Shown: one piece after another, positions 1-10,078 of the stretch
Layout: each line of letters begins with the position of its first letter
Position numbering within the stretch: the first letter of the stretch is position 1
Source of the DNA: Thermoplasmata archaeon
Lineage (GTDB): Archaea > Thermoplasmatota > E2 > DHVEG-1
Length of the DNA: 64,000 nucleotides
Assembly (NCBI GenBank): GCA_014894395.1
Contig: JADBLO010000094.1
Span: 346 to 64,345 of the forward strand
Reading direction: 5' to 3'
Position numbers and translations under genes: made by a program
Notes under the pieces: model-generated
What the model saw: the letters and a program-made list of their open reading frames with translations, nothing else
The model's database searches: none
What the model was told of the DNA's origin: nothing

Positions 1-1875
1 ATCGGTAAAGGAAATATAATCATCATCACCGTCAAATAAATAACAAGAACCAATTTTCCCATCAACAAGATTTGATATTGTCATGCTACCATGAGGAACC
101 CCATTATTGCTGTTCCCTGTGTTATCCTGAACCACACCGGTTGGTGCCTTGGAGAGGTGATACACTGCTTCGAATCCATCCCAAACTTTCTCTGGATACG
201 CCATGTAAAGAGATGATGGATTATCATAATACATGAATATCACAGTATCAATAGTTGAAGAAAGCAAAGGTATTTTAACCCAGGTCACAACCTTTCCTGT
301 TGATTGATTAAATAGGTCGATATCATGGTAAAGTTTGGAGGCAACACCGATATTATTCATAAAAAGGATATCACCGCCATCAGCACGTGCTTTCATTAAA
401 TCTGCATCGATTGTGCTAATAAGTATTGGGAAATTATTTTGATTACTTATCAGTTGCGTATGATCAATAATAATTTGTTTTCGATACTGCCAGCCGAAGT
501 TAAAAGGATCAAATTGAGAGGGATATCCGGTCTCAAAGTTGAAGACTTTGCGCGTCCAATATGTTCCATCGGTGACGTTCACAAACCAGCAATATGAATC
601 ACCATACGTTAGACTACTCACCGGAACAGTATAGGTTCCATCATGAACACCTACTTCATGTTTGGAACCAATATTTGGTGTTGTTTCCACGCTGTATTCC
701 ATCGCGTCACCTTGATAATCTTTAAGAGTAAACTGCAGGGATGGAATGTCCATGGGCACATCTTTTTCTCCGTTTGCTGGTATCGGATTTGTTAGGATAG
801 GTGCTACCGGTTCTGTCGTAAATGTCATGGTTTTTTCTATACTGTCTTTCCCATCGGTCACCTGGATATACCAGGTATACTGGACGAGACTTTCCAAACC
901 ACTGATAGGAACCGAGTAAGTCCCATCTGGCTTTAGGCCACCGCTCCCTGATCCGATATCAGGCTCGGTGGTCACATTATAACTCATGAGGTCACCATTT
1001 GCATCGTTTATTTCAAAGCGCAATTCTGTCGTCGATATCGGAACCATCTGTTGTCCATCAGCAGGATCTGTCTGAGTGATTTCTGGTGAGCAGTTCGGTG
1101 GGTAGAACTCAAATTCCTCAGCAGTGACTCTGGTATAGAGCGCGTATCCGAATATCCCGTATGACCGGATCGGAGGGAGGAAAATGCTAAATCCGATGCC
1201 CCAGAAGCCTAGTGCGATACCCTTTTGTTGTCCACCAGCAAGAAAACCGGTGCCAGAAATCAAACCACCAACAGAGGTAATGCCCTCTGGTGTTGACCAC
1301 CAGATGAAAGCCCTGGGAATCGGGGTGAGAAGGAATGGTATGAACCGAGGGAGGATGATGATGGGAAACGCAGACCCAGATCCAAATGTCGCGAAATTAC
1401 AGAACCATTCTGATGCCTTGCTTTGAAAAGGTTGGATGTTTGTACGGAGACGCAGTGATGGCATACTAGAGGGTTGTGTAAGAGAGTTAAGTTGATCCTT
1501 TGACATCGTTGTTGGGAGTGCATGGTTTTCTATAAGAAGATCAAAAAATTCTTGTTGTACTCGCTGGGTTTTTTGGTCATACGGATTGAGTGTGGTTTCT
1601 TTTTTTAATTCTTGATATTTTTCGTAGATTTTCAAGACATCGGAGATAGGGAGCATCGTCTCTTGTTTTTCCAAACCATTTTTTCCTATCACATAGAAAG
1701 TAAAAGTTGAGGTTTTTTCAGTCGCTGGAACTGACGCTGCAATCTTGTTTTGTTGTGCTATCAATGCATTTGTTTGCCCTATACTACTTGGAACAATGCT
1801 AGTTAAGAGCAACAGTATGATAATTACTAAAATGATCCCTTCTTTAAAAATATAATTTTTTATTTCTTTCACCAT
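1..1875 (-). CDS. Secreted surface protein (helical domain + Gly-rich beta domain + 2 Ig-like repeats + DUF2341 + LamG-like); 3' end runs off the window
   Basis: Missing from the ORF track because no stop lies in the window. Manual translation from ATG 1875 gives MVKEIKNYIFKEGIILVIIILLLLTSIVPSSIGQ... ending ...GKIGSCYLFDGDDDYISFTD at base 1. Clear paralog of 1969-4314 and 4340-6688; GGAG upstream. Confidence 0.85.
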   Translation of the reverse strand, partial: MVKEIKNYIFKEGIILVIIILLLLTSIVPSSIGQTNALIAQQNKIAASVPATEKTSTFTFYVIGKNGLEKQETMLPISDVLKIYEKYQELKKETTLNPYDQKTQRVQQEFFDLLIENHALPTTMSKDQLNSLTQPSSMPSLRLRTNIQPFQSKASEWFCNFATFGSGSAFPIIILPRFIPFLLTPIPRAFIWWSTPEGITSVGGLISGTGFLAGGQQKGIALGFWGIGFSIFLPPIRSYGIFGYALYTRVTAEEFEFYPPNCSPEITQTDPADGQQMVPISTTELRFEINDANGDLMSYNVTTEPDIGSGSGGLKPDGTYSVPISGLESLVQYTWYIQVTDGKDSIEKTMTFTTEPVAPILTNPIPANGEKDVPMDIPSLQFTLKDYQGDAMEYSVETTPNIGSKHEVGVHDGTYTVPVSSLTYGDSYCWFVNVTDGTYWTRKVFNFETGYPSQFDPFNFGWQYRKQIIIDHTQLISNQNNFPILISTIDADLMKARADGGDILFMNNIGVASKLYHDIDLFNQSTGKVVTWVKIPLLSSTIDTVIFMYYDNPSSLYMAYPEKVWDGFEAVYHLSKAPTGVVQDNTGNSNNGVPHGSMTISNLVDGKIGSCYLFDGDDDYISFTD

Positions 1876-1968
1876 AGATGATACTCAACTCCTATACATT
1901 TTTTTCATATTGTATTTTTTTCCTTCCCTCTCTTAAAAGAGGCGGCAACTTGATTATTTTTATTGAGT

Positions 1969-4314
1969 TTATAATCCTGGTACTTCCGGCCCGATATTTA
2001 AGAAATCTGCCGGATCGTTTTGATTATAATAGGAAACGTTAATCCATGCAGAGGATCGAGCTATTTTCGAGAAACGCAGCTCATCAATAGTTCCATACCA
2101 CCTATATGCTGAAGACGAACTTACGCATGCTCGTCCGATGTATACCGTAAAATCCCCGGCAGTTGGATTTGCTTGTGTTGTAGTAATCGGTGTCCCTTTT
2201 ACTCCATTTTTATAGACGGTACTTTCCCCACCTAAACCAGTGAACACGCCGACTGCATGTGTCCAAACATCAACAGAAAAAGCATCTGTGACACTACATA
2301 AATCATAATTATTTGTGAACAAATCTAATCGATCATTATACTGATACAATAAAATAGTATTTTTATTGCTTTGTACACTCCTATCAAATATCCTATGTTC
2401 CCCACTTATGCTTTTTGGGATTGCCCATGCTTCAATGGTATATGAGATTATACCACCAAATGCTGACTGAGTACCAACGTATATTTCACTATTTGTCATA
2501 TCAAAATATCTTCCTTTTCCTATGCGTCCAGTTGTGACGGGGGTATAGGTATTCGCTGTTGCATTGAAGTGATTTGACGTACTGTCTGCAACTTTTGTTC
2601 CTGATGTTTCCCCGAAATGCCATACAGCCACATAATTTGAATCCCAGGTTTTTTCAGGATATGCTTGATCGATACAGCTTGGGTTACCATAATACATGTA
2701 AAAAACCGTATCATTACTTGAGGAAAGAGCGGGGATATTCACCCATGTGATAAGTGTACCAGATGATGCATCGTAGGATTCAAGGTCATGATATACTCGT
2801 GTTGATATCCCAGCATCGTTCATGAACAAGATATCGCCTCCGTCCACTTGTGCTTTCTGGGAAAGATCGGTATCACTCGTACTGATAAGCACTGGGAAAT
2901 TCGTCAGATCATCAGCGACTTGTGTATGGTCGATGGTAATCTGTTTTCGGTACTGCCAGCCGAATTCAAAAGGATTAAATTGGGAGGGATACCCTGTTTC
3001 AAAACTAAATACCTTCCTCGTCCAGTGTGTCCCATCGGTCGCATTCACATACCAAAGATAGGTTGCTCCATATGTTAAACCGCTCACCGGAACCGTATAG
3101 GTTCCATCATGAACACCATTCTGCTGCCCGGAGCCAATGTTTGGTGATGTTTCTACAGTATAGTCCATTGCATCCCCCTGATAATCTTTTAAGGTGAACT
3201 GCAGGGATGGGATATCCATGGGTACATCTCGTTCCCCATCGGCTGGTATGGGATTCGAGATGATTGGTGCTATTGCTTCTGTGGTAAACGTCATGGTTTC
3301 TTCTGTCGTATCTTTCCCATCCGTCACCTGAATATGCCAGGTATATTTTGTCAGATCCACCAGTCCTGACACAGGAACCGTGTACACCCCGAAGGGTTTG
3401 AGATTTCCACTAGCAGACCCGATGTCAGGTTCGGTGGTGACCGTGTAACTCATGAGATCGCCGTCAGCATCCTGTATCCGAAATTGTAACTCTGAAATTG
3501 AAAGTGGGATATTTTGTCCTCCATCAGCAGGAAGAACATCAGAAATTTCTGGTGCTCTATTGGGTGGATAATGTTCGACATATTCTGCGGTTGTAGACGC
3601 TAGTAATGCATATCCGATGAATCCGTATAGAGTGTAACCTGGTAGTGCGTAGGAGATGCCAATTCCCATGAAACCGAATGCGAACCCTGTTTGTGCACCT
3701 TCTGCAACATAGCCTTTGCTGGTGAGCAGGTTTGCTGCAGTGGAGAGGCCAGTGCCTAGCCACAGCATCGCTATACGAGGTCTTGGGAGAAGAAATAACG
3801 GAATTAGTATTCCTGATCCCTCCCCGCCCATGCTGCAGAGCGCACAGGTTCCTCGGTTGGCAAATGGTTGTGGTAAGGATGCTGTGTTTCCTGTCTTTTG
3901 TAGTCGCTCTACCCATCTGGGATTGAGTAAGGAAAGATAGGCTTCTTTTGATACACCTTGCGGGATTAATCCTTTTTCATCGAGCAGATCGACAAACGCT
4001 ATTTTTAAGGATTGAGTCTTCTCACTATAAGGATGTTGCGTCATCTCAGATTTCAGCTCTTTCAATTTATCAAAAATCATGGTCGCATCATCTTGTGCCA
4101 GATTGACATTTTGTTTATTATCGCGAGTTTTTCCAAACGCAACACAGGTGACTACCGTTTTTTCCGCGGTTTCGTCTGTCCCTTCTGTGGGAGAGCTGGG
4201 CTGATTTCTTTTTATGATAGACGTGCCTGTAAGACCTGGTACAAAAGATCCACATACAAAAAGAAGTACAATCCCAACAATGGCTCCTTTTATGAAAAAT
4301 TTCTTTTTACTCAT
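1969..4314 (-). CDS. Secreted DUF2341 / LamG (concanavalin A-like) domain surface protein
   Basis: Signal peptide, two Ig-like repeats (NPIPADGE..YTW.IQVTDG), DUF2341-type motif WQYRKQITIDH..NFPVL..DGGDILF..WVNIP..YMYYGNP, and LamG motifs (YTIEAW, WTHAVGVF, GTIDELRFSKIARS). Confidence 0.85.
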   Translation of the reverse strand: MSKKKFFIKGAIVGIVLLFVCGSFVPGLTGTSIIKRNQPSSPTEGTDETAEKTVVTCVAFGKTRDNKQNVNLAQDDATMIFDKLKELKSEMTQHPYSEKTQSLKIAFVDLLDEKGLIPQGVSKEAYLSLLNPRWVERLQKTGNTASLPQPFANRGTCALCSMGGEGSGILIPLFLLPRPRIAMLWLGTGLSTAANLLTSKGYVAEGAQTGFAFGFMGIGISYALPGYTLYGFIGYALLASTTAEYVEHYPPNRAPEISDVLPADGGQNIPLSISELQFRIQDADGDLMSYTVTTEPDIGSASGNLKPFGVYTVPVSGLVDLTKYTWHIQVTDGKDTTEETMTFTTEAIAPIISNPIPADGERDVPMDIPSLQFTLKDYQGDAMDYTVETSPNIGSGQQNGVHDGTYTVPVSGLTYGATYLWYVNATDGTHWTRKVFSFETGYPSQFNPFEFGWQYRKQITIDHTQVADDLTNFPVLISTSDTDLSQKAQVDGGDILFMNDAGISTRVYHDLESYDASSGTLITWVNIPALSSSNDTVFYMYYGNPSCIDQAYPEKTWDSNYVAVWHFGETSGTKVADSTSNHFNATANTYTPVTTGRIGKGRYFDMTNSEIYVGTQSAFGGIISYTIEAWAIPKSISGEHRIFDRSVQSNKNTILLYQYNDRLDLFTNNYDLCSVTDAFSVDVWTHAVGVFTGLGGESTVYKNGVKGTPITTTQANPTAGDFTVYIGRACVSSSSAYRWYGTIDELRFSKIARSSAWINVSYYNQNDPADFLNIGPEVPGL

Positions 4315-4339
4315 GTTGTTTCCTCCATTTACAATATTA

Positions 4340-6688
4340 TTATGGACTTGGTTCTTCAGGTCCTAAAAAAATAAAACCAGCAGGGTTGATCTGATTCTCA
4401 TAACTTGTTTTAATCCAATTCATATCTCGATCACTATTAGATATTCTTACTTCATCGATGGTCCCATAAAAATAATCTGTTCCAATACGGTTATCTCCAA
4501 TGTAAAAAGGATATGCATTGGATGAAGTGCCACTCCAGGGAACATTTCCTTCCACGACGTTATCAACATATAAGATAAGTTGAGAACCGGTGGCGACTAA
4601 CGAAACGTAATGCCAGTTGGTATCTCTAAAAGTATCAATGCTTTCAATTTTTTGGGTACCATCAGCATAAACATAATATTTTTCATCATGGTAACGAAAA
4701 ACAGAGGGGTCGTTTTTGTGGATACTCATAAACACATCACCACCAGTAGATGGGTCTGCTTCATCAGTACTAAAAGCAACCCAGCATTCCAGGGTGAATT
4801 TCGACATGCTATCTGTGTTTGAGTAGGTAGAAATGCTGTCTGTCCTTGCATCATAGACTTCGCCGCCATCTATTTTCGCAGAGGTGGTATGCGTAGTTCC
4901 TGAGGTAGTACAATCCTTTCCGTTGCTTGTAGAATCGTATCGTGTTTCATATGATTCTTTCAAATGCCAAACTCCCCAAAAGTTCGCATCCCATGTTTTC
5001 TCTGGATACTGCTGCGGAAGACACGTTGGATTTCCATAATACATGTAAAACGTCGTGTCCTCATTTGATGAAACATGCGTGAGGTTCACCCAGGCAATCA
5101 ATGCCCCGGTCTCATGATTAAAGGATTCGATTTCATAATTAAACCGTGTTGAGACACCAGCGCTATGCATGAAAAGAATGTCCTCGCCATTTTCTCGTGC
5201 CTTTTGACTCAGATCAGCGTCAACGATGCTGAGGAGGACTGGAAAGTTCTCTACGTCACCAGCGACATTTGTATGATCGATTGTGATCTGCTTCCGGTAC
5301 AACCAGCCGTACTCAAATGGGTTAAATTGTGCAGGAAATCCGGTTACAAAGCTGAATGTTTTACTGACCGGATGTGCCCCATCGGTGACATTCACAAACC
5401 AACGATACGCGGTGTCCTGTGCAAGGCCACTCACGGGAACAGTATAGGTACCATCGTGGACGCCATTCACATGCGCGGAACCAACATTTGGTGACGTTTC
5501 TACCGTATAATCCATTGCATCTCCCTGGAAATCCATTATAGTGAATTTCAGCACAGCGAGATCAGAAGGCACCTGACGTTCTCCATCTGCTGGTGACGGA
5601 TTTGAAATCAATGGAGCAACATTTTCTGTCATAAACGTCATGGTTTTTTCTATGGCATCTTTCCCATCGGTGACCTGGATACGCCAGGTGTACTGGGTAA
5701 GACTTTCTAACCCAGAAATAGAGATTGAATAGACACCATTTGATTTCAAACCTCCACTCCCTGACCCAATATCAGGATATGTTGTCACATTGTAACTCAT
5801 GAGGTCACCATCTTCATCGTTAATTTCAAAGCGCAAATTAGCAGTAGACAGGGGGATCATTTGTTGTCCATCGACAGGGTCAGTTTGACTGATTTCTGGT
5901 GGGTTGTTCGGCGGGTAGAATTGAAATTCCTCAGCAGTGACTCTGGTAAATACTGCATATCCGAAGATCCCATACGACATGATCGGTGGGAGGAAAATGC
6001 TAAATCCTATGCCCCAGAAACCAAGTGCGATACCTTTTTGTTGTCCTCCTGCGAGAAAACCGGTGCGGGAAATCAAACCACCCACAGAGGTGATACCTGA
6101 TGGTGTTGACCACCATACGAATGCTCGGGGGATAGGTGTGAGAAGGAATGGTATTAATCGTGGGAGGATGATAATCGGAAACGCTGATCCTTCTCCAAAT
6201 GTCGCGAAATTACAGAACCATTCTGAGGCTTTATTTGGAAAAGGTTGGATGCCGGTGCGGAGATGCGTTGGTGGTATAACCGGGGGTTGTGTAAGAGAGA
6301 TAAGTTGGTCTTTAGACATCCCTGTCGGGAGAGCATGGTTTTCTTCGAGAAGATCAAAAAATTCTTGTTTTACGCGCTGGGTTTTATCACTATACGGATT
6401 GGATGTCATTTCTTTTTTTAATTCTTGATACTTTTCATAGATTTTCAAGGTATTTGAAGCAGAGAGTATCTTCTCCTGTTTTTCTAAGCCATTTTTTCCA
6501 ATGACATACAATGTAAAAGATGAGGTTTTTTCAGTCGATGGAAGTGAGGTTTTAGTAATATTTTGTTGTTGTGTCGATGCGTGTGTTTGCCCTATGCTAC
6601 TTGGGACAATGCTTGTCATGAGTAATAGAACAAAAATTCCAAAAATTAATCCGCTTTTAAATTTTATATTTTTCATCTCTTTCCCCAA
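4340..6688 (-). CDS. Secreted DUF2341 / LamG domain surface protein (paralog)
   Basis: Same architecture: WLYRKQITIDH, YMYYGNP, FTLECWV, WHYVSLV, GTIDEVRISNSDR. TTG start at 6688 or ATG at 6676. Confidence 0.85.
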   Translation of the reverse strand: MGKEMKNIKFKSGLIFGIFVLLLMTSIVPSSIGQTHASTQQQNITKTSLPSTEKTSSFTLYVIGKNGLEKQEKILSASNTLKIYEKYQELKKEMTSNPYSDKTQRVKQEFFDLLEENHALPTGMSKDQLISLTQPPVIPPTHLRTGIQPFPNKASEWFCNFATFGEGSAFPIIILPRLIPFLLTPIPRAFVWWSTPSGITSVGGLISRTGFLAGGQQKGIALGFWGIGFSIFLPPIMSYGIFGYAVFTRVTAEEFQFYPPNNPPEISQTDPVDGQQMIPLSTANLRFEINDEDGDLMSYNVTTYPDIGSGSGGLKSNGVYSISISGLESLTQYTWRIQVTDGKDAIEKTMTFMTENVAPLISNPSPADGERQVPSDLAVLKFTIMDFQGDAMDYTVETSPNVGSAHVNGVHDGTYTVPVSGLAQDTAYRWFVNVTDGAHPVSKTFSFVTGFPAQFNPFEYGWLYRKQITIDHTNVAGDVENFPVLLSIVDADLSQKARENGEDILFMHSAGVSTRFNYEIESFNHETGALIAWVNLTHVSSNEDTTFYMYYGNPTCLPQQYPEKTWDANFWGVWHLKESYETRYDSTSNGKDCTTSGTTHTTSAKIDGGEVYDARTDSISTYSNTDSMSKFTLECWVAFSTDEADPSTGGDVFMSIHKNDPSVFRYHDEKYYVYADGTQKIESIDTFRDTNWHYVSLVATGSQLILYVDNVVEGNVPWSGTSSNAYPFYIGDNRIGTDYFYGTIDEVRISNSDRDMNWIKTSYENQINPAGFIFLGPEEPSP

Positions 6689-7055
6689 GATACATTAATC
6701 ACACTCTGTATATTAACCTTATTAGAAATATTAATATATTAACAAGGGTGGTAATGTGAGAACCAGACGACATAATGCTAAGTACAGTCATTTATCCCGA
6801 TTTCTCTTCATCCTTGGTAATTTGAGTTTGTATCGAAGACATCTCGTGCGTATAACAGTTCACAAGCCCCCCATTTCCCTAGTGCGATGTACGTCTTATT
6901 TGAACACATGACTCCCCCCAGCCCCATACATCCCATCTGTTCGTTTTCCCCTGTTTGTACCCATACGGTGCAGATCCCCTTATTAAAGGCGCTGGTGAAA
7001 TCAGCAAAGGAAAAAAGTCAAATAAAGAACCGGACATTATGGTACTGTGAAAATA

Positions 7056-8249
7056 ATGACAAAAAAAGCGGTCATTTTAGCGGCTGGCGAAGGAAAACGG
7101 CTCAGGCCGTTCACCGAGACCATGCCCAAAGTCATGCTCCCTGTTGCCAACAAACCATTGCTCGAATACGTGTTTGACGCGACCAGAAAAAGCGGGATTG
7201 ACGAAATCGTCGTTGTCGTCGGCTACAAAAAAGAAGTCATCATGGAGTATTTCAAAGACTATAAGGATGTCAAGATAACCTACGTCATTCAAGACAGACA
7301 ACTCGGAACCGCCCATGCACTCCTTCAAGCAAAGAAACACATCAAAGACTCGTTCATCGTCCTTGCTGGAGACAACATCATCGACCCAGGCAGCATCGCA
7401 AAGCTCCTAAAAGACCAGTCAGAATATTCACTGCTTATCAAAGAACACCCGCATCCTTCAAAATATGGGGTCGTGTTTATCGAAAATCGCAGTATCAGAC
7501 GAATCGTGGAAAAACCAAAAGAAGACGTCGGCAAATACATCTCTACCGGCATCTACAAACTTCCTCGCTCGGTGTTCACTGATATTGAACAATGCACCTC
7601 GGAAGGTGCTCACGCGCTTTCATCCATCATTCAATCCCTGGTCGACAAAGGAAAACACATCAACACGGTTCTTGCGAAATCATGGATGGATATCGTCTAC
7701 CCCTGGGACCTTATCTCCGTCAACGAAGTGATGATCCAAGGAACGGCGGCATCCACCAGCGGTGTCATCGAAAAAGGCGTCACCCTGAAAGGCCTGGTAT
7801 CGGTAGGAAAAGACACTAAAATCTACTCAGGCTGCTACATCGTCGGACCAGTCGTCATCGGCGACAGCTGCGAAATAGGACCTCATGCGTGCATCTTCCC
7901 CTCCACCAGCATCGGGAACAACACTGTGGTTCACCCGTTCAGCGAAATACGAAGCAGCGTAATTATGGATGATGTACATATTGCATCAAACTCACATATC
8001 TCACGCTCCGTCATCGGGAAAGGATGCATTATTGGGGATAACTTCTCCACTATCACCGCCAAGGTCACCATTGAGATCGATGACGAATTAAAGAAAATTG
8101 ATACACCAATAGGAGCAATGATCGGAGAAGATTGCATCATTGAAAGTCACGTCGTGGTTGATCCTGGAAAAATCATCGGCAGGAAATGCAAAATCAGCCC
8201 CATGAAACATATCATAAAAAATATTCCGAGCGAAAGCAAAGTGATGTAA
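7056..8249 (+). CDS. Sugar-phosphate nucleotidyltransferase with left-handed beta-helix (GlmU-like, divergent copy)
   Basis: AVILAAGEGKRLRPFT..PK NTP-transferase motif, VEKP and C-terminal hexapeptide repeats. ATG 7056 preferred over GTG 7047. Confidence 0.85.
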   Translation: MTKKAVILAAGEGKRLRPFTETMPKVMLPVANKPLLEYVFDATRKSGIDEIVVVVGYKKEVIMEYFKDYKDVKITYVIQDRQLGTAHALLQAKKHIKDSFIVLAGDNIIDPGSIAKLLKDQSEYSLLIKEHPHPSKYGVVFIENRSIRRIVEKPKEDVGKYISTGIYKLPRSVFTDIEQCTSEGAHALSSIIQSLVDKGKHINTVLAKSWMDIVYPWDLISVNEVMIQGTAASTSGVIEKGVTLKGLVSVGKDTKIYSGCYIVGPVVIGDSCEIGPHACIFPSTSIGNNTVVHPFSEIRSSVIMDDVHIASNSHISRSVIGKGCIIGDNFSTITAKVTIEIDDELKKIDTPIGAMIGEDCIIESHVVVDPGKIIGRKCKISPMKHIIKNIPSESKVM

Positions 8250-8250
8250 C

Positions 8251-10065
8251 GTGTGTGGAATCATAGGGTATGCAGGATTTCGAGACGCGCGAACCGTCTT
8301 ACTCGAATCATTGAAACGACTTGATTACCGAGGGTACGATTCAGCTGGCGTCGCCATTATCGATAAAAAACTAAAAGTCTACAAGGAAGTCGGTGAGATT
8401 GCAAACGTTGAACGCTTAATACCCAAAATCAAAGGGACAACTGGGATTGGCCACACTCGATGGGCGACCCATGGGGGTGTGACGAAAGAAAACGCACATC
8501 CGCACGTCAGTTGCGATAAAAAAATTGCGATCGTCCATAATGGGATCATTGAGAACTTCAGCAAGCTCAAAGAAGAACTAAAAAAGAAAGGGCATACATT
8601 CCTCTCCCAAACAGATTCAGAGGTCATCGCTCATCTCATCGATGATGCATACAAAGGAAACCTGGAGGATGCGGTAGTCGCAGCGGTAAAAAAGATCCAA
8701 GGATCCTATTCGATAGTCGCCGTCAGTGAAGACGAGCCTGAAAAAATCGTAGGTGTACGAAAAGAAAGCCCGCTTGTCATCGGTGTTGGAGATAGTGAAA
8801 ACTTCCTCGCCTCCGACATCACCGCATTTCTAAAATACACAAAACGGGTGATATTCCTCAACGATGGAGAACTCTGTGTGCTCACAAAGAACACCATCAA
8901 TGTTGTTGATAAGAACAGAAAGTCGATCAAAAAGAAAGAAGAACTTATCACCTGGAATGTGAAAGACGCGGAGAAATCAGGGTTTGCGCATTTCATGCTT
9001 AAGGAAATCTATGAGCAACCTGATACCGTCCATCACGTTCTCAGAGGACGTATCTCAGAAATCGAAGAAACCATCACGTTCCCTGAAAACGTCGAAAAGC
9101 TCCTGAGCAATGAGATCAACTCCGTTCACATCGTTGCTTGCGGCACTTCATTTTATGCTGGTCTTGTTGGTAAATACCTGATCGAACAACTGACGAACAT
9201 CCCGGTTTTCGTAGAGCTTGCCTCAGAGTATCGATATTTTGGGGTACGAAATGAATCTTCGCTTGTTATTGCCATCACACAATCCGGGGAAACCGCTGAT
9301 ACACTTGCTGCATTACGCGAGGCACAGATGTCAGGGTGTAAAACACTGGTGGTGACCAACGTCATCGGGAGCACAGCAACCCGTATCTCTGATGGATATA
9401 TCTTGCAGCAATCAGGCCCCGAGATCGGTGTTGCTGCGACCAAGACATTCACCTCTCAAATCATTGTTCTGTTCCTCATTGCCCTCAAGATTGCATTGCT
9501 TCAGAAGAAGCTTGGGTCTAATGAGCTGTACAACTACATCTTCCATCTAAAAGAACTCCCTCGGCACGTCCGAGACGTCCTGGAGCGAAGCAATGACATC
9601 ATTGCTATCGCAAAACATCTCAAAGATGCAAAATCAGTGTTTTTTATTGGAAGGGGCATCAACTACCCGCTCTCCCTTGAAGGAGCGTTGAAGTTGAAAG
9701 AAATCTCATATATACATGCAGAAGGGTTTGCTGCTGGTGAACTGAAACATGGACCGTTCGCACTCCTGACAAAAGACACCCCGGTTGTCGCCATCGTCAC
9801 ACAAGACGAAACCTATGAAAAGATCCTTGCAAACATCGGTGAAATCAAAGCACGAGGATCTACTGTTATTGCGATCGCAGAAGACAAAGATACCGAAATC
9901 GAAAACCATGCTGACTTTGTGCTCCGCTTCCCCGCAAGCTCTCATGTGCTCCCTTGTATTGCTATCACCGTTGTTCTTCAGTTACTTGCCTATCATGTTG
10001 CTCATCTCCGGAAATGCCCGATTGATAAACCACGGAACCTTGCAAAATCAGTAACCGTTGAGTAA
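8251..10065 (+). CDS. glmS: Glutamine--fructose-6-phosphate transaminase (isomerizing)
   Basis: N-terminal MCGIIG, YRGYDSAG, GHTRWATHG, HNGIIEN, SQSGET-like TQSGETADT, ELKHGP and C-terminal PRNLAKSVTVE. Confidence 0.97.
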   Translation: MCGIIGYAGFRDARTVLLESLKRLDYRGYDSAGVAIIDKKLKVYKEVGEIANVERLIPKIKGTTGIGHTRWATHGGVTKENAHPHVSCDKKIAIVHNGIIENFSKLKEELKKKGHTFLSQTDSEVIAHLIDDAYKGNLEDAVVAAVKKIQGSYSIVAVSEDEPEKIVGVRKESPLVIGVGDSENFLASDITAFLKYTKRVIFLNDGELCVLTKNTINVVDKNRKSIKKKEELITWNVKDAEKSGFAHFMLKEIYEQPDTVHHVLRGRISEIEETITFPENVEKLLSNEINSVHIVACGTSFYAGLVGKYLIEQLTNIPVFVELASEYRYFGVRNESSLVIAITQSGETADTLAALREAQMSGCKTLVVTNVIGSTATRISDGYILQQSGPEIGVAATKTFTSQIIVLFLIALKIALLQKKLGSNELYNYIFHLKELPRHVRDVLERSNDIIAIAKHLKDAKSVFFIGRGINYPLSLEGALKLKEISYIHAEGFAAGELKHGPFALLTKDTPVVAIVTQDETYEKILANIGEIKARGSTVIAIAEDKDTEIENHADFVLRFPASSHVLPCIAITVVLQLLAYHVAHLRKCPIDKPRNLAKSVTVE

Positions 10066-10078
10066 GGAGAAAAGAACC

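Noticed and set aside
1-6688. Diversity-generating retroelement acting on the variable lectin-like tips
   Set aside because: No reverse transcriptase and no template/variable repeat pair were seen; divergence covers whole domains.
6689-7055. glmS ribozyme or ORF 6887-7177 upstream of the glm operon
   Set aside because: No recognisable ribozyme core; the ORF overlaps glmU out of frame and has no protein-like features.
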